DNA of 63,619 nt, filler included, from Octopus bimaculoides (Eukaryota), in NCBI RefSeq assembly GCF_001194135.2. It is 4 parts of 3 records of this genome, joined end to end, with 100 filler letters (N's around TTAATTAATTAA, not from the genome) between each part and the next. Parts side by side here need not be neighbours in the genome. Positions count along the whole stretch, not along the records: positions 1 to 15,241 come from NC_068991.1; 3 more parts are not named here. One strand, given 5' to 3'. Numbering within the stretch: the first letter of the stretch is position 1; each line of letters opens with the position of its first letter. Below are positions 1 through 12,529 of this stretch, one piece after another. The position numbers and the translations under genes are program-made. The notes under the pieces were generated by a model. That model was given only the letters and a program-made list of their open reading frames with translations, was not told the DNA's origin and ran no database searches.

Positions 1-41
<41 letters not shown>

Positions 42-959
42 ATCGGATATGCTTTATAAGCCCCACTCCCTTCAAAATGCCACTTAATATACGAAACAGC
101 GATTAGTAATTTCATATTACGATCATATGATCAAATATAACTTTTAGATTTACGTAAGGAAAGGATTGCCATCCGTAGGTGTGTCCTTTCATATATATAG
201 GACAGATTCTATAATGGAACGGAAGTGGAAGTTTCCACTTGCATGCCAGGAAAGACAAGAAAAAAAGAAAAAAATATATTTTTTCTTCGGGTCAAAAATC
301 TTGGTAAGCGGAATCTGCGTAAAAGTTGATCAGGAGAAAAGTTTCTATTATTTGATGCTCTACATTTAATCCGTCGTCTGCTTTAATAACGACATATATA
401 TATTTATCATTCTTGCATGTTAGTAGCAAAGCCCACACCGTTAAAAGGTTAGGTCTTTGATTAAAGGACAAACTTATCACTTCTTACCATCAGTTTCTGT
501 GACCCTGGAAAGGGTCGAGATCACCTCCATTTCCTTTCTCAACAAGCCGTTAAAAAGCAAAAGCAAAACAACATAAAAAAAAACCCATTCCTTTTATTTG
601 TGAAGACAGGTAGGTGAACTAAAATGAGACAAAGATAAGCTAATGGTTAAACTAGTAAGTTATCGCTCGTGTATTTAGAGCCATTACTGTCGTTTTGTTG
701 CGACCATTATGCAACAGGTCATATATATGTTAAATAAACATCTTTCATATCTCCTGACTTTTGTTGTCTATCTTTCAATCTATGTATACGATAAGTCTAA
801 ACAGATTTACAGACTTATCTATGACCATAGGCAATCTAACCATGACCATCTTGCCTTTTCTTTTTTTTCCTTAATGTTTTTGTCAGTTTTTGGATATTTC
901 TGGTTGCTGATAGAATTCTTTTTTTCACTACATACAGCTTATTTTTAGTTACTCAGTAT

Positions 960-1860
960 TTCAGTGCTGATGGTGTCTTTTTGTGTCTTACAATCCTTTG
1001 GCTCCTTCCTTTCTTGGTAGGTAGAGCCTGTTGATATTACTTTTAGTTTTTCTAATTCCTGTAGCTCTGTCTTTGACCATTTTAGAAAAACGTCTTAATA
1101 CTGGTATTGTCCATGTGTTTGTTGTTTTGATAACATTCACTTCATTTACTGTTGTTCCAAGTACCTTCCTAATTCTTCTCTTGATCTCTTTGGGAATATT
1201 CTCATTTCTCTTTCCATTACCCTATCGCGCTGCAGCACTCCTAGGTACCTCTATTCTTCATTATTTCTTAGCAATCTAAGGCATCGAACTGGTAGAATCG
1301 TTAGCACGCCGGGTAAAATGTTAGCGCCATTTCGTCCGTCTTTACTTTCTGAGTTCAAATTCCACCGAGGTCGACTTTGTTTTCCATCCTTTCGGAGTCG
1401 ATAAAATGAGTACCAGATTTAATCAACTAGCCTCCTTCCTTAACATTTCAGGCCTTGTGCTTATAGTAGAAAGGATTATTTCTGAGCGATCTAATTTAAT
1501 CCCTCGGTCTGTCTATATAATTAAAACTTGACGCTTATCTGCCTCAAACTGCATACCAATATCTTTGCTAAATATTCTTACTGTTTTGATCAGAGAATAC
1601 AGGTCCTTTTCATTTTTCGTGTGCTGTTTGAGGTCATACATATATATATAGCAGGTGATTGGTCCTTCAAACTCATAAGTAGGCCTAGATTTTCTCCTAG
1701 TATGTTTGACAGAGGGATTAACGCAGTGAAGAAAAGCAATGGAGAAAGCGAGTCTTCCTGAAATATCTCATGGCCCATTTTCACATTTCCTAATGATTTA
1801 TTTCCGTAGCTTAGTTTTACTTCCCATGATCTCACTACTTTTTCTTAAAACTTGTTAATC
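960..1860 (-). mobile_element. Degenerate R4/Dong-clade non-LTR retrotransposon RT fragment, interrupted by a SINE at 1280-1480
   Basis: The minus strand encodes IFQEDSLSPLLFFTALIPLSNIL (the GIFQGDSLSPLLF motif) at about 1590-1835. Downstream it encodes NVIKTTNTWTIPVLR...NINRLYLPRKEGAKGL at about 990-1140. Stops and frameshifts are present. Confidence 0.8.
1280..1480 (+). mobile_element. tRNA-derived SINE, family A (ATT-tailed)
   Basis: Head GGCATCGAACTGGTAGAATCGTTAGC, B-box-like GAGTTCAAATTCC and tail GGCCTTGTGCTTATAGTAGAAAGGATTATT. It matches many other copies in the window. Confidence 0.85.
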
Positions 1861-2345
1861 TCTCATTGATCTCAAGTGTCCGCAGGCACTTCATGAGCCG
1901 TCAGTGTGAAACATTATTGTAGGCTTACCCCTCACCGCCGCCCCACATGTACACACAATCGCCAAGTGTGAAAATTTCACCGGTCATTGCAGCTTAACAA
2001 AGCAACCAATTCTTACGGACCCTCAAACAGTGTGCTCCCAACCTAGTTTGTATCCGTCATCAAATAAAAAAAAATTCCCCTTTCAATGGGGAACTTATTC
2101 CAACTTATAAAGCAAACAAACGTAACTCTACCCAACAAAAGTGCAATCACTCTGTACCGACTGATCACCACCACCTCCATTATCCCAAACGACAAGCTCC
2201 ATTTTAACCTTCAGTCTTTCACGTTCTTCAGCGACCATCTGTAGAGCCTAATCTAGTAGAAATCTTCTTTCATATATCTCGCACTTCTGATCTATCATCA
2301 TTGAGAATTTCATCAAATACGTTGTTGTTTTACCAAACTTCACGC

Positions 2346-2531
2346 CAGGCTTGGACAACCTTTTCTTTTTAGAGAAGAGGGCCGCATGTCTATTTATGGA
2401 GGTAGTACGAAATTAGTAGAATGGCCTATAGCTCATCATCATACTGGCCACATTATTAAAAATATTCAAGGCAATTTTTCGCTAAGCCTACCGTTCAGAA
2501 AGTCCCGCAGGCCGCAGTTTGCAGATGACTG
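2346..2531 (+). mobile_element. hAT-type MITE (decayed)
   Basis: Left end CAGGCTTGGACAACC...GGGCCGCAT and right end GCAGGCCGCAGTTTGCAGATGACTG, typical of hAT non-autonomous elements. The flanking 8-mers CTTCACGC and TTTTACAC could be a decayed TSD. Confidence 0.55.
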
Positions 2532-4717
2532 TTTTACACTGTCTCTTTTCGGAGAACTTTCTTGTCAAAACGACCATCATGAATCTATATCAATTCTTCA
2601 CTCGACAGTTTTCAGATATGTCCATCCCATCATGCATCGATGAGGTCCACTCTTTTATTTCCCCATTCTACTAATTTCGCACTACCTCCATAAATAGACA
2701 TTTCAAAATTATTTTCTGAAATAGAAATGAAATACAAGTATCTTATCTTCCCACCATACACAAGAATTTCGTTCCTGAAAATTTTACTATAACGCGGGCT
2801 CCTTATTTTCTCAGTTTCTGAAGCCAAACAGTAAAATAGTTTCGTGTTTCTGAATTCCACATTATGGTAATATTTTCAGGAACACAACACTTTTGTAACG
2901 TAGGGGATACTTAGAATTTCGAAATAATGTTGTGACTCGGTTCGTTCTGAAGTTATCATGCACATCATAGCGTAAATCGGAACAGCTAAAATAAATTTAA
3001 ACATAACATTATTATTGATGAAATAAATTAAACACGTTCTTTCTGTGCTATGGATGTGCGGAAAAAGAGTCTCCTTAAGGATCACTTGTGGTTTGTTGAT
3101 CGCTCCTCGGAGAAGACATGCTTGACTTCCTTTCCTAATCAATAGCATAGATTCAGTTGATATATATATATATATAAAGAATTTACAAATTAGGCAAGCT
3201 CAGTGATGGATAGCCAAATTTGTATATTTATGCTTCTGAAAGCTCATCATTAATTAAACAATATTTATTTTATGCACAAAACAATGTAAGTCAGAAGAAC
3301 AGTGTGTGAAATAAGAATATAAACAGATGCTTTCTATACTGTCGATGTGTAAAAATAAAAAAAAAAGGAGAGAGTCTCTTGATGGACCGTTTCCTGGTTT
3401 GTTTATCCTGAGGAATAAAGTGTTTTTATGTGCTGTTAAGCCATTCGTCAAACTCAATCAATTCTGTTCGAGGGTACTTAATAATGACAACCAAGATATT
3501 CGATCAAGCTTTCTAAATGTAGTCACTCTGTCTCTATACGATTTCTTGGATGATTTCACTTTACATTCAAAATGATCAAGTAACTAAGAAAAACCTTTGC
3601 CAGTCACCGTATTTCGTTGGGGGCACGAACTAACGAAACGCAATTGAAAAAGATTAACCGGCCCACCGTACAACGTCTACATAGTCTCTCTCTACTGCTG
3701 AAAATCACAGCCAAATTTCCCCTCCCCTAAAAGAACACATAAAAAATGTAAACCGAGATAACACTACGTTTAAATAAAAGGCAGGATACATATAAGGAAT
3801 ATGACTTGTGTAGATCTGGGAAGACCATAGATCAAATGAGTATTCAATACACAGTTATGTAGAGTGTATACTTTATGATAATGAGAAGTTTCTATAGAGG
3901 GTTCGGAGCTCTCCGTAGGGTTTCTCACTATCAAAATGAAAGGCGGAATAGTCACATCAGGAACGTTTTTGATCATAAATCTGGGCTGACACAAGGNNNN
4001 NNNNNNNNNNNNNNNNNNNNNNNNNNNNNNNNNNNNNNNNNNNNNNNNNNNNNNNNNNNNNNNNNNNNNNNNNNNNNNNNNNNNNNNNNNNNNNNNNNNN
4101 NNNNNNNNNNNNNNNNNNNNNNNNNNNNNNNNNNNNNNNNNNNNNNNNNNNNNNNNNNNNNNNNNNNNNNNNNNNNNNNNNNNNNNNNNNNNNNNNNNNN
4201 NNNNNNNNNNNNNNNNNNNNNNNNNNNNNNNNNNNNNNNNNNNNNNNNNNNNNNNNNNNNNNNNNNNNNNNNNNNNNNNNNNNNNNNNNNNNNNNNNNNN
4301 NNNNNNNNNNNNNNNNNNNNNNNNNNNNNNNNNNNNNNNNNNNNNNNNNNNNNNNNNNNNNNNNNNNNNNNNNNNNNNNNNNNNNNNNNNNNNNNNNNNN
4401 NNNNNNNNNNNNNNNNNNNNNNNNNNNNNNNNNNNNNNNNNNNNNNNNNNNNNNNNNNNNNNNNNNNNNNNNNNNNNNNNNNNNNNNNNNNNNNNNNNNN
4501 NNNNNNNNNNNNNNNNNNNNNNNNNNNNNNNNNNNNNNNNNNNNNNNNNNNNNNNNNNNNNNNNNNNNNNNNNNNNNNNNNNNNNNNNNNNNNNNNNNNN
4601 NNNNNNNNNNNNNNNNNNNNNNNNNNNNNNNNNNNNNNNNNNNCCCCTTCCTCCTAAATTGCTGGCCTTGTGCCAAAAAAACGAAACCAATATATTAATT
4701 GTTTATAGCGACTATTC

Positions 4718-4912
4718 ATGCCACGAATACTAGAAGCCAAAGAGTTGTCAAATTTTCAAAGAGGGCGTATTGTGGGTCATTCGGGGCGGGGTGTCTTAGA
4801 TTGCACAAAACCTTAGGATTCCTCTTGGTACAGTCAACAAAGCGATTGTACAATTCACCAGCAAAGGAAGGGAAGCAACAGCATCCCTGTCAGATCGATC
4901 TGGGCCCTCTGA
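4718..4912 (+). mobile_element. Tc1-like transposase N-terminal HTH relic
   Basis: Translates as MPRILEAKELSNFQRGRIVGHSG, then after a frameshift [30 protein letters not shown]. Confidence 0.7.
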
Positions 4913-5084
4913 CTGACGTTTCAGGTTATCAATCCTCGTTGTAAAGCGGTTGAGGTTGCAGAGCGAGGCTAGGGAAAGGAAAATAATACATTTACAAGTT
5001 TGAAGCACCAGGTAGTCTCCGCACAGATAACACGATATAATGAGAGGTGTCTATTAACGTTTGAGATGTGTGTGTGTGTGTGTG

Positions 5085-5420
5085 TGTTATGAAGTTCAAC
5101 AGAGGACTCCCTTCGGTCATGAATGACCATGGGATTGCACCTAGAATGTCTCTCCACCAAAGGATCAATTCTAGGCAAGGTTGCTTATGGAAGACCAGCA
5201 GTCGCCCATGCATACGAGCCTCCCCTCTCCACGCCACCGGTGTTACTCAAGGGAAAGGTAAAGGTCGATACAGCTTTGCACCAGTGACGTCACAACTCAT
5301 TTCTATACCTGAATGGACTGGAGCAATGTGAAATAAAGTGGCTTGCTCAAGAACACAACGCACAGCCCGGCTCGGGAATCGAATTCATCACCTCTTGATT
5401 GTAATCCCGATGCTCTAACC
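5085..5420 (-). mobile_element. tRNA-headed SINE with CORE-like central block
   Basis: Minus strand A-box-like TCGCTCAATGG and B-box-like GAATTCGATTCCC, followed by GTGTTCTTGAGCAAGCCACTTTATTTCACATTGCTCCAG. Confidence 0.7.
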
Positions 5421-5597
5421 ATTGAGCGATGCGCCTTCAGCAACTAGGATAACATTCGATCAGTTAAGAGAGTAAACAGTTTCTAAAAAAAAAGTCTTGT
5501 TGCCTTTACCAGCATGATAAATGGTGAAATAAATTAATATTTCTACTATAGGAACAAGGCCTGAAATTTTGGGGGCAGGGTGCTAGTCATTAATACT

Positions 5598-6010
5598 TGT
5601 AGACTAATAGATGTAAGTATTCCCACTGATAAAAATATATCTAAAGGAATTTGACAAATTAAGTAAATATAAAGACCTCGAAATTAAAATACAAAAGATG
5701 TGGCATCTTAAAGTGAGAACTGTTCCTGTTATTCTAGGTGCCCTAAGTACGATAAGAAAGGGATGTCAGAAACATGTAGATAATATCCCAGGAGAACCAT
5801 GTCTCAGAGAAATCCAAAAGATTGCGCTGACAAGTGCTGCCCACATCCTTGGAAAAACCCTGTCCATTTAAATGTCTGTGTTGTATTACGTGAAGATATT
5901 TTGCTACTTCCTCTCCCCAAGCCTTCGGTCATACTGTAATATCTCTTATCTTTCACTCGCCCAGGACACTAGGTGACTGTAACAAACATGCAGATTAAAA
6001 GTAAATGATG
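5598..6010 (+). mobile_element. R4/Dong LINE 3' end: restriction-like endonuclease tail and 3' UTR
   Basis: CRLIDVSIPTDKNIS/EFDKLSKYKDLEIKIQKMWHLKVRTVPVILGALSTIRKG...EIQKIALTSAAHIL, stop at 5869-5871, then a UTR running into (AAT)n. Confidence 0.85.

Positions 6011-6075
<65 letters not shown>
6011..6075. repeat. (AAT)n microsatellite joining a Dong 3' end and a SINE-A tail
   Basis: Direct reading. Confidence 0.95.
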
Positions 6076-6299
6076 CCTTTCTACAAAAGGCAAGCACAAG
6101 GCCTGAAATTAGGAGGAGGGGACTAGTCGATTACTCGACCCCAGTGTTTTACTAGCACTTAATTTATCGACCCCGAAAGGAAGAAAGGCAAAGTCGACCT
6201 CGGCGGAATTTGAACTCAGAATGGAGCGACGGGCGAAATACCGCTATGCATTTTGTTCGGCATGCTAACAATTCTGTCAGCTCGTCGTCTTACTACTAC

Positions 6300-6331
<32 letters not shown>

Positions 6332-6543
6332 ATAATAATAATGGTCTTAAATTTTTCAACAAGAGCAGCCATTTTGGAGGAGGGGATGAGTCAATTACAG
6401 CGACCCCAGTGTTCAACTGGTACTTATTTTATCGACCCCGAAAGGATGAAAGGCAAAGTCGACTTCGGGGAAATTTGAACTCAGAACGTGCAGACAGAGG
6501 AAATGCCGCTAAGCATTATGCCTGACGTGTTAACGATTCCGTC
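6076..6543 (-). mobile_element. Two tandem SINE-A copies (about 6076-6292 and 6345-6543) separated by (ACT)n(AAT)n
   Basis: Both contain AAAGTCGAC[C/T]TCG G[C/G]G[G/A]AATTTGAACTCAGAA, the reverse complement of the SINE-A body. Confidence 0.85.
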
Positions 6544-6562
6544 ANNNNNNNNNNGTGTGGAT

Positions 6563-6578
6563 CTATCTATCTATCTAA

Positions 6579-6653
<75 letters not shown>
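6563..6653. repeat. (CTAT)n microsatellite
   Basis: Direct reading. Confidence 0.95.
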
Positions 6654-6654
<1 letters not shown>

Positions 6655-6855
6655 AAATGTCATATAAATTCCACATAGCCTTGGCTTTGTTGTCTCATTT
6701 TATTTGACATATACATGCTCACAGAAGACCCGCATTAGACTCCTCACTCGTATTATTATCGAACCGAGAGTCTAATTACGGTCTTCCCGTAGCACCTACG
6801 TAAGCCTTACCTGCCATCTTGGGTCTTCTGGATACCAACACCTCCCATATACATA

Positions 6856-6888
<33 letters not shown>

Positions 6889-7261
6889 NNNNNNNNNNNN
6901 NNNNNNNNNNNNNNNNNNNNNNNNNNNNNNNNNNNNNNNNNNNNNNNNNNNNNNNNNNNNNNNNNNNNNNNNNNNNNNNNNNNNNNNNNNNNNNNNNNNN
7001 NNNNNNNNNNNNNNNNNNNNNNNNNNNNNNNNNNNNNNNNNNNNNNNNNNNNNNNNNNNNNNNNNNNNNNNNNNNNNNNNNNNNNNNNNNNNNNNNNNNN
7101 NNNNNNNNNNNNNNNNNNNNNNNNNNNNNNNNNNNNNNNNNNNNNNNNNNNNNNNNNNNNNNNNNNNNNNNNNNNNNNNNNNNNNNNNNNNNNNNNNNNN
7201 NNNNNNNNNNNNNNNNNNNNNNNNNNNNNNNNNNNNNNNNNNNNNNNNNNNNNNNNNNNNN

Positions 7262-7505
7262 NATACGTATGTGTGTGTATATGTTTGTTTGTTCCCCCCA
7301 ACATCGCTTGACAACCGATGGTGGTGTGTTTGGGTCCCCGTAACTTAGCGGTTCGGCAAAAGAGACCGGTAGAATAAGTACTAGGCTTCCAAAGAATAAG
7401 TCCTGGGGTCGATTTGTCAACTAAAGGCGCTGCTCCAGCATGGCCGTAGTCAAAATGACTGAAACAAGTAAAAGAGTAAAGAGTAAAAGAGTAAAGAGTA
7501 AAAGA
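7262..7505 (+). mobile_element. SINE family B, 3' half with (AAAGAGT)n tail
   Basis: CCGTAACTTAGCGGTTCGGCAAAAGAGACC...AAGAATAAGTCCTGGGGTCGATTTG...CAGCATGGCCGTAGTCAAAATGACTGAAACAAG. The same block recurs at 42070, 50460 (minus), 53270 and 63510. Confidence 0.85.
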
Positions 7506-7837
7506 GTATATATATTTCAGATAAAAGGCACTAAAATAAGAATTAAAAAAACAATAAGCTGAAATGAAGAGCAAGTATATAGGGCGTGTAGTCAATTGAC
7601 AAAAAAAAAAAAAAAGATGACCATCCGTAAATATGAAATCTGTTTCAGCATACAATTTCATATTACGTATCTTGCAAAACAAATGCATAAATGTGTGTGT
7701 ACGCACACAAAAAAAAACGCATATACTCACTCACAAATGCACACAAAAACACACACGCATGTCCATTTGTGTATATGTGTGCTCACGTGAACGTGCATAC
7801 TTGTGCACGCGCGCGTATATGTGTGTGTATGTGTATG

Positions 7838-7907
<70 letters not shown>

Positions 7908-8774
7908 NNNNNNNNNNNNNNNNNNNNNNNNNNNNNNNNNNNNNNNNNNNNNNNNNNNNNNNNNNNNNNNNNNNNNNNNNNNNNNNNNNNNNNNNNNNNN
8001 NNNNNNNNNNNNNNNNNNNNNNNNNNNNNNNNNNNNNNNNNNNNNNNNNNNNNNNNNNNNNNNNNNNNNNNNNNNNNNNNNNNNNNNNNNNNNNNNNNNN
8101 NNNNNNNNNNNNNNNNNNNNNNNNNNNNNNNNNNNNNNNNNNNNNNNNNNNNNNNNNNNNNNNNNNNNNNNNNNNNNNNNNNNNNNNNNNNNNNNNNNNN
8201 NNNNNNNNNNNNNNNNNNNNNNNNNNNNNNNNNNNNNNNNNNNNNNNNNNNNNNNNNNNNNNNNNNNNNNNNNNNNNNNNNNNNNNNNNNNNNNNNNNNN
8301 NNNNNNNNNNNNNNNNNNNNNNNNNNNNNNNNNNNNNNNNNNNNNNNNNNNNNNNNNNNNNNNNNNNNNNNNNNNNNNNNNNNNNNNNNNNNNNNNNNNN
8401 NNNNNNNNNNNNNNNNNNNNNNNNNNNNNNNNNNNNNNNNNNNNNNNNNNNNNNNNNNNNNNNNNNNNNNNNNNNNNNNNNNNNNNNNNNNNNNNNNNNN
8501 NNNNNNNNNNNNNNNNNNNNNNNNNNNNNNNNNNNNNNNNNNNNNNNNNNNNNNNNNNNNNNNNNNNNNNNNNNNNNNNNNNNNNNNNNNNNNNNNNNNN
8601 NNNNNNNNNNNNNNNNNNNNNNNNNNNNNNNNNNNNNNNNNNNNNNNNNNNNNNNNNNNNNNNNNNNNNNNNNNNNNNNNNNNNNNNNNNNNNNNNNNNN
8701 NNNNNNNNNNNNNNNNNNNNNNNNNNNNNNNNNNNNNNNNNNNNNNNNNGTTATTTGTAAATGGCAATTTCTGC

Positions 8775-8781
8775 CTGTCTA

Positions 8782-8815
<34 letters not shown>

Positions 8816-8900
8816 CTTCTGTCTGTTACCGTCTTGATGCCGAAACCAGCGAACCAAGCTTCACCAAACTTTACATGTTGAACTAACATCCAGTTCAATT
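8775..8900 (+). mobile_element. DINE-1/HINE-like non-autonomous Helitron core fragment
   Basis: A (CTGT)n tract followed by CCGAAACCAGCGAACCAAGCTTCACCAAACTTT, the layout seen in DINE-1-like elements. Confidence 0.4.
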
Positions 8901-9419
8901 ATAGGCTAATTGGATTTCAACAAAAATCGATAATGGGTCGACTACTGGGGTTGGGCTATTATGTGATAAAATGAGAAGGGTGAAAAAGTATTAGGTTCAG
9001 GGAAATGTGGTGACATATTGAAGGTGGCTGATATCAGGGAAGGGGAGGAGACAAGAAGTGACAGAGACACATGGAATATGAGAGACAGACAGAGAGAACG
9101 ACTGAGCGGGAGAGACAGAATGTATTTACTGAAGGGAAGAGCGAATTTTAATACTTTGTTCTTTCATCTCTTCCTATCACTTAACGCATAAGCTTTAGTG
9201 AATTAACTATCGTATGCTCAGTCAAAACTTTTACAATATGTTCAACAATGGTGTTGGACACATGTAAGGTTAAACGAGTGTTAAACAAGTGAAAGGTAAA
9301 GTGTTTTTATATTTGTTTCAGATCGTATTAAGATTTATTAAAACTTTACCAACGTACTGAAACAATACACTATATATAATGTTTTCCATTTTCTTCCATA
9401 CATGAATAGCCCCTCGTCT

Positions 9420-9852
9420 TCAATATATATAAAAGAGAGATTGTATGTGTGTGTGCGTGTGTGTGTGTGTACGTATGTTCCTTATGCATTCGAAAACCGA
9501 GTTCCCGATTTTGACGTATCAAAAGATTAAGTAATCTTACGACTACCAAATAAACTTTATTTTCATTTACATATTTGCATTACAAAATTTTTTACAATAT
9601 AATCTTTTCTATAATTCAACTATCGTAAATATTTTATACTACAACGACGACGACGACGTCACATTTTCTATATGAGTGTGTTCCTTAAAAGACATCCATT
9701 TCTCTATATGTTTAACACACAATAACTTCCATTACGCCAGTAATCCTGTTCACTATGTATCAGCTGTGCCGATTCTGCTCATAAGAAAGGAACAAATAAT
9801 AAATGTAGCTGTAGGTTATAACATCTGGGCAACGCCGGGATGCATTGCTAAT
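9420..9852 (+). mobile_element. Non-autonomous Helitron-like element
   Basis: Begins TCAATATATATAAAAG plus (GT)n. Ends with GGGCAACGCCGGG followed by GCTAAT, read as a decayed CTAG terminus. Confidence 0.5.
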
Positions 9853-9905
9853 GTGTGTGTGTGTGTGCGTGCGTGTGTCTATACATACATACATACATAC
9901 ATACA

Positions 9906-9936
<31 letters not shown>

Positions 9937-9954
9937 GTGTGTGTGTGTGTGTGC

Positions 9955-11820
9955 TTGCTTCATGCTGTTGCTTGATGGGGCTGGGCTCATTCCAAGTTCC
10001 AGAGACGTCATGAAGCGTAAAGCCAACTAGGTCCACTAGTGCTCTCCATCGCTGGTGGGCCCATGCCATCTTCTCTTCATTCTCCAAGGTGGCGTGGAGC
10101 CTCTGGAGATCTTCCTTAATCACATTCGGGTGCGGGTCTGCCACGAGGTCTCCTCCATCCCGCAGTTACTGAGATTAAAACCCTGGTAGGATGATCTGGC
10201 GGGAGACGGAGGATATGTCTGTACCAGCGCATGCGCTGGATAGTTATGAGGTGGGAAGCAGCGGGCTGATGCGTGCGCGCATGCAGTTCTTTATTAGAAA
10301 CGTGATGGTACCATTTGATGTTCTCGATGGTTCTCAGGGCTCTGGTATCGGAGCCGTCGATCCTCTTTGCCAGGGTCTTCGAGAGGAGCCACGTTTCTGC
10401 TACATAGAAAAGAATGAAGAGAGCTGATGCGCTGTAGTTGCGTAGCTTCGTCTTCCGGGAGATAGAGCAGTGGAGTCAAAGAAGCTTCCATAGGGAGTAC
10501 ATGACCTCAGCAGCTAGACCACATCTGTGATTGATCTCCGAGGTCAGGTCTCCATTGTTGGAGACTGTGGAGCCTAGATGAAGGACAAACTCTACTACAT
10601 CGGGGCCAATATGGAAAGTGAGGAGGTTTCGGACCATCTCCGACATGCATTAGTTTGGTTTTCTCCCAACTCATCTGAAGGTCAAGCTTTGCTGATTCTT
10701 CTCTGTAAATGGCCAGTGCGCCCCAGAGCTGGTCGATCGAGTTGCTGAATAAGGTGGAATCGTCCGTACACTCCAGGTTAGTAAGGTGGTATTTCTCGAA
10801 GGCAACGCCAGAGATTCGCTCACGGACCTTGGTCATCAGATAATCGATGACACAGTTTAAGAGGTCGCGAGCGGCCACGCAGTCTTGTCTGGCGCTGCTG
10901 TTGGTAGAAAACCAGTCAGAGTCCCTCCCGTTCACCCGCACGCAGCCCTCGGAACTGCTATAGAGCCGTTGGAACAGGGCGGTGATCTTGGGAGGTGCAC
11001 AGACGAGATTGCGAATTTTCCAGAAGGTTGTGGGTTCGACCGTGTCGAAAGTCGCCTTGAAGTCGACGAGGGCGGTTTAGAGGTGATAATCATTGCGTAA
11101 AACTCCTGAGATCTTCCAATGCTGAAACGAAGGGCAAAAAAATGGTCGGCGATAGATCGACTCGGTATGAATCCGGCTTGTGGGCGGCGTCTGCTCCTAA
11201 TGGTAAGAAGAGCACAGTTGAGGAGGATCCTGGTGAAGAGCTTGCATGGGATGGAGAAGAGAGTAATGCCTCTGTGGTTGCTGCAGACGAGTTTGTTTAC
11301 TCTTCCGTTAGGCGGAAAGGGAGGATGATGTTCTGGGTCCAGTTATTTGGGAGGAGCTCTGACACCCATACATGGTTGATGATGCGAATGAGCCACTGGA
11401 TCATATTTTCTCCACCCGACTTCAACATCTCTGTGGTGATAGTGCAGATTCCAGGGGCCTTGCGGTAGTTGAGCTTCTTCAGGACGGCATTGACTTCGTC
11501 GGAATAACAGGATCGAGGCTTCAAGTGTCGTTGGTTGCGGCTGCGTCTGTAGTGATGGTTAGGTTGGGATTAATTTGGACAAGTTGGTGATGATGAAGAA
11601 GGCTACAGTGCCCCTTCCAGCGTTCGAGACAGGCGGTTTCCGAGTTCATAACGTTGTCATTGGTATCCTTCACTAGGGCTGTATTGAACTGGGGACCGGC
11701 ACGGGGGCCAGTGGAGCGTGTTGAATACCTGGCTGATGTCGTTGTTCCTTGCTGCTGCTTCCAGGCACATGGCTTCTTCCACCCAGAACTTCTCCCAGTC
11801 ATCTGTGATGGCATTGTTGC
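9955..11820 (-). mobile_element. RTE-type LINE, degenerate reverse transcriptase and 3' end
   Basis: Minus-strand segments: EVNAVLKKLNYRKAPGICTITTEMLKSGG; VNGRDSDWFSTNSSARQDCVAARDLLNCVID; TNLECTDDSTLF; SWEKTKLM. Multiple frameshifts. The 5' side is cut by a microsatellite and gap. Confidence 0.9.
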
Positions 11821-11834
11821 GTGCACACACACAC

Positions 11835-11871
<37 letters not shown>

Positions 11872-12529
11872 TGTATATATAATATATATACACGTATATA
11901 TNNNNNNNNNNNNNNNNNNNNNNNNNNNNNNNNNNNNNNNNNNNNNNNNNNNNNNNNNNNNNNNNNNNNNNNNNNNNNNNNNNNNNNNNNNNNNNNNNNN
12001 NNNNNNNNNNNNNNNNNNNNNNNNNNNNNNNNNNNNNNNNNNNNNNNNNNNNNNNNNNNNNNNNNNNNNNNNNNNNNNNNNNNNNNNNNNNNNNNNNNNN
12101 NNNNNNNNNNNNNNNNNNNNNNNNNNNNNNNNNNNNNNNNNNNNNNNNNNNNNNNNNNNNNNNNNNNNNNNNNNNNNNNNNNNNNNNNNNNNNNNNNNNN
12201 NNNNNNNNNNNNNNNNNNNNNNNNNNNNNNNNNNNNNNNNNNNNNNNNNNNNNNNNNNNNNNNNNNNNNNNNNNNNNNNNNNNNNNNNNNNNNNNNNNNN
12301 NNNNNNNNNNNNNNNNNNNNNNNNNNNNNNNNNNNNNNNNNNNNNNNNNNNNNNNNNNNNNNNNNNNNNNNNNNNNNNNNNNNNNNNNNNNNNNNNNNNN
12401 NNNNNNNNNNNNNNNNNNNNNNNNNNNNNNNNNNNNNNNNNNNNNNNNNNNNNNNNNNNNNNNNNNNNNNNNNNNNNNNNNNNNNNNNNNNNNNNAAAAT
12501 CTACCAATACGTACATACAATTTGGTGGT

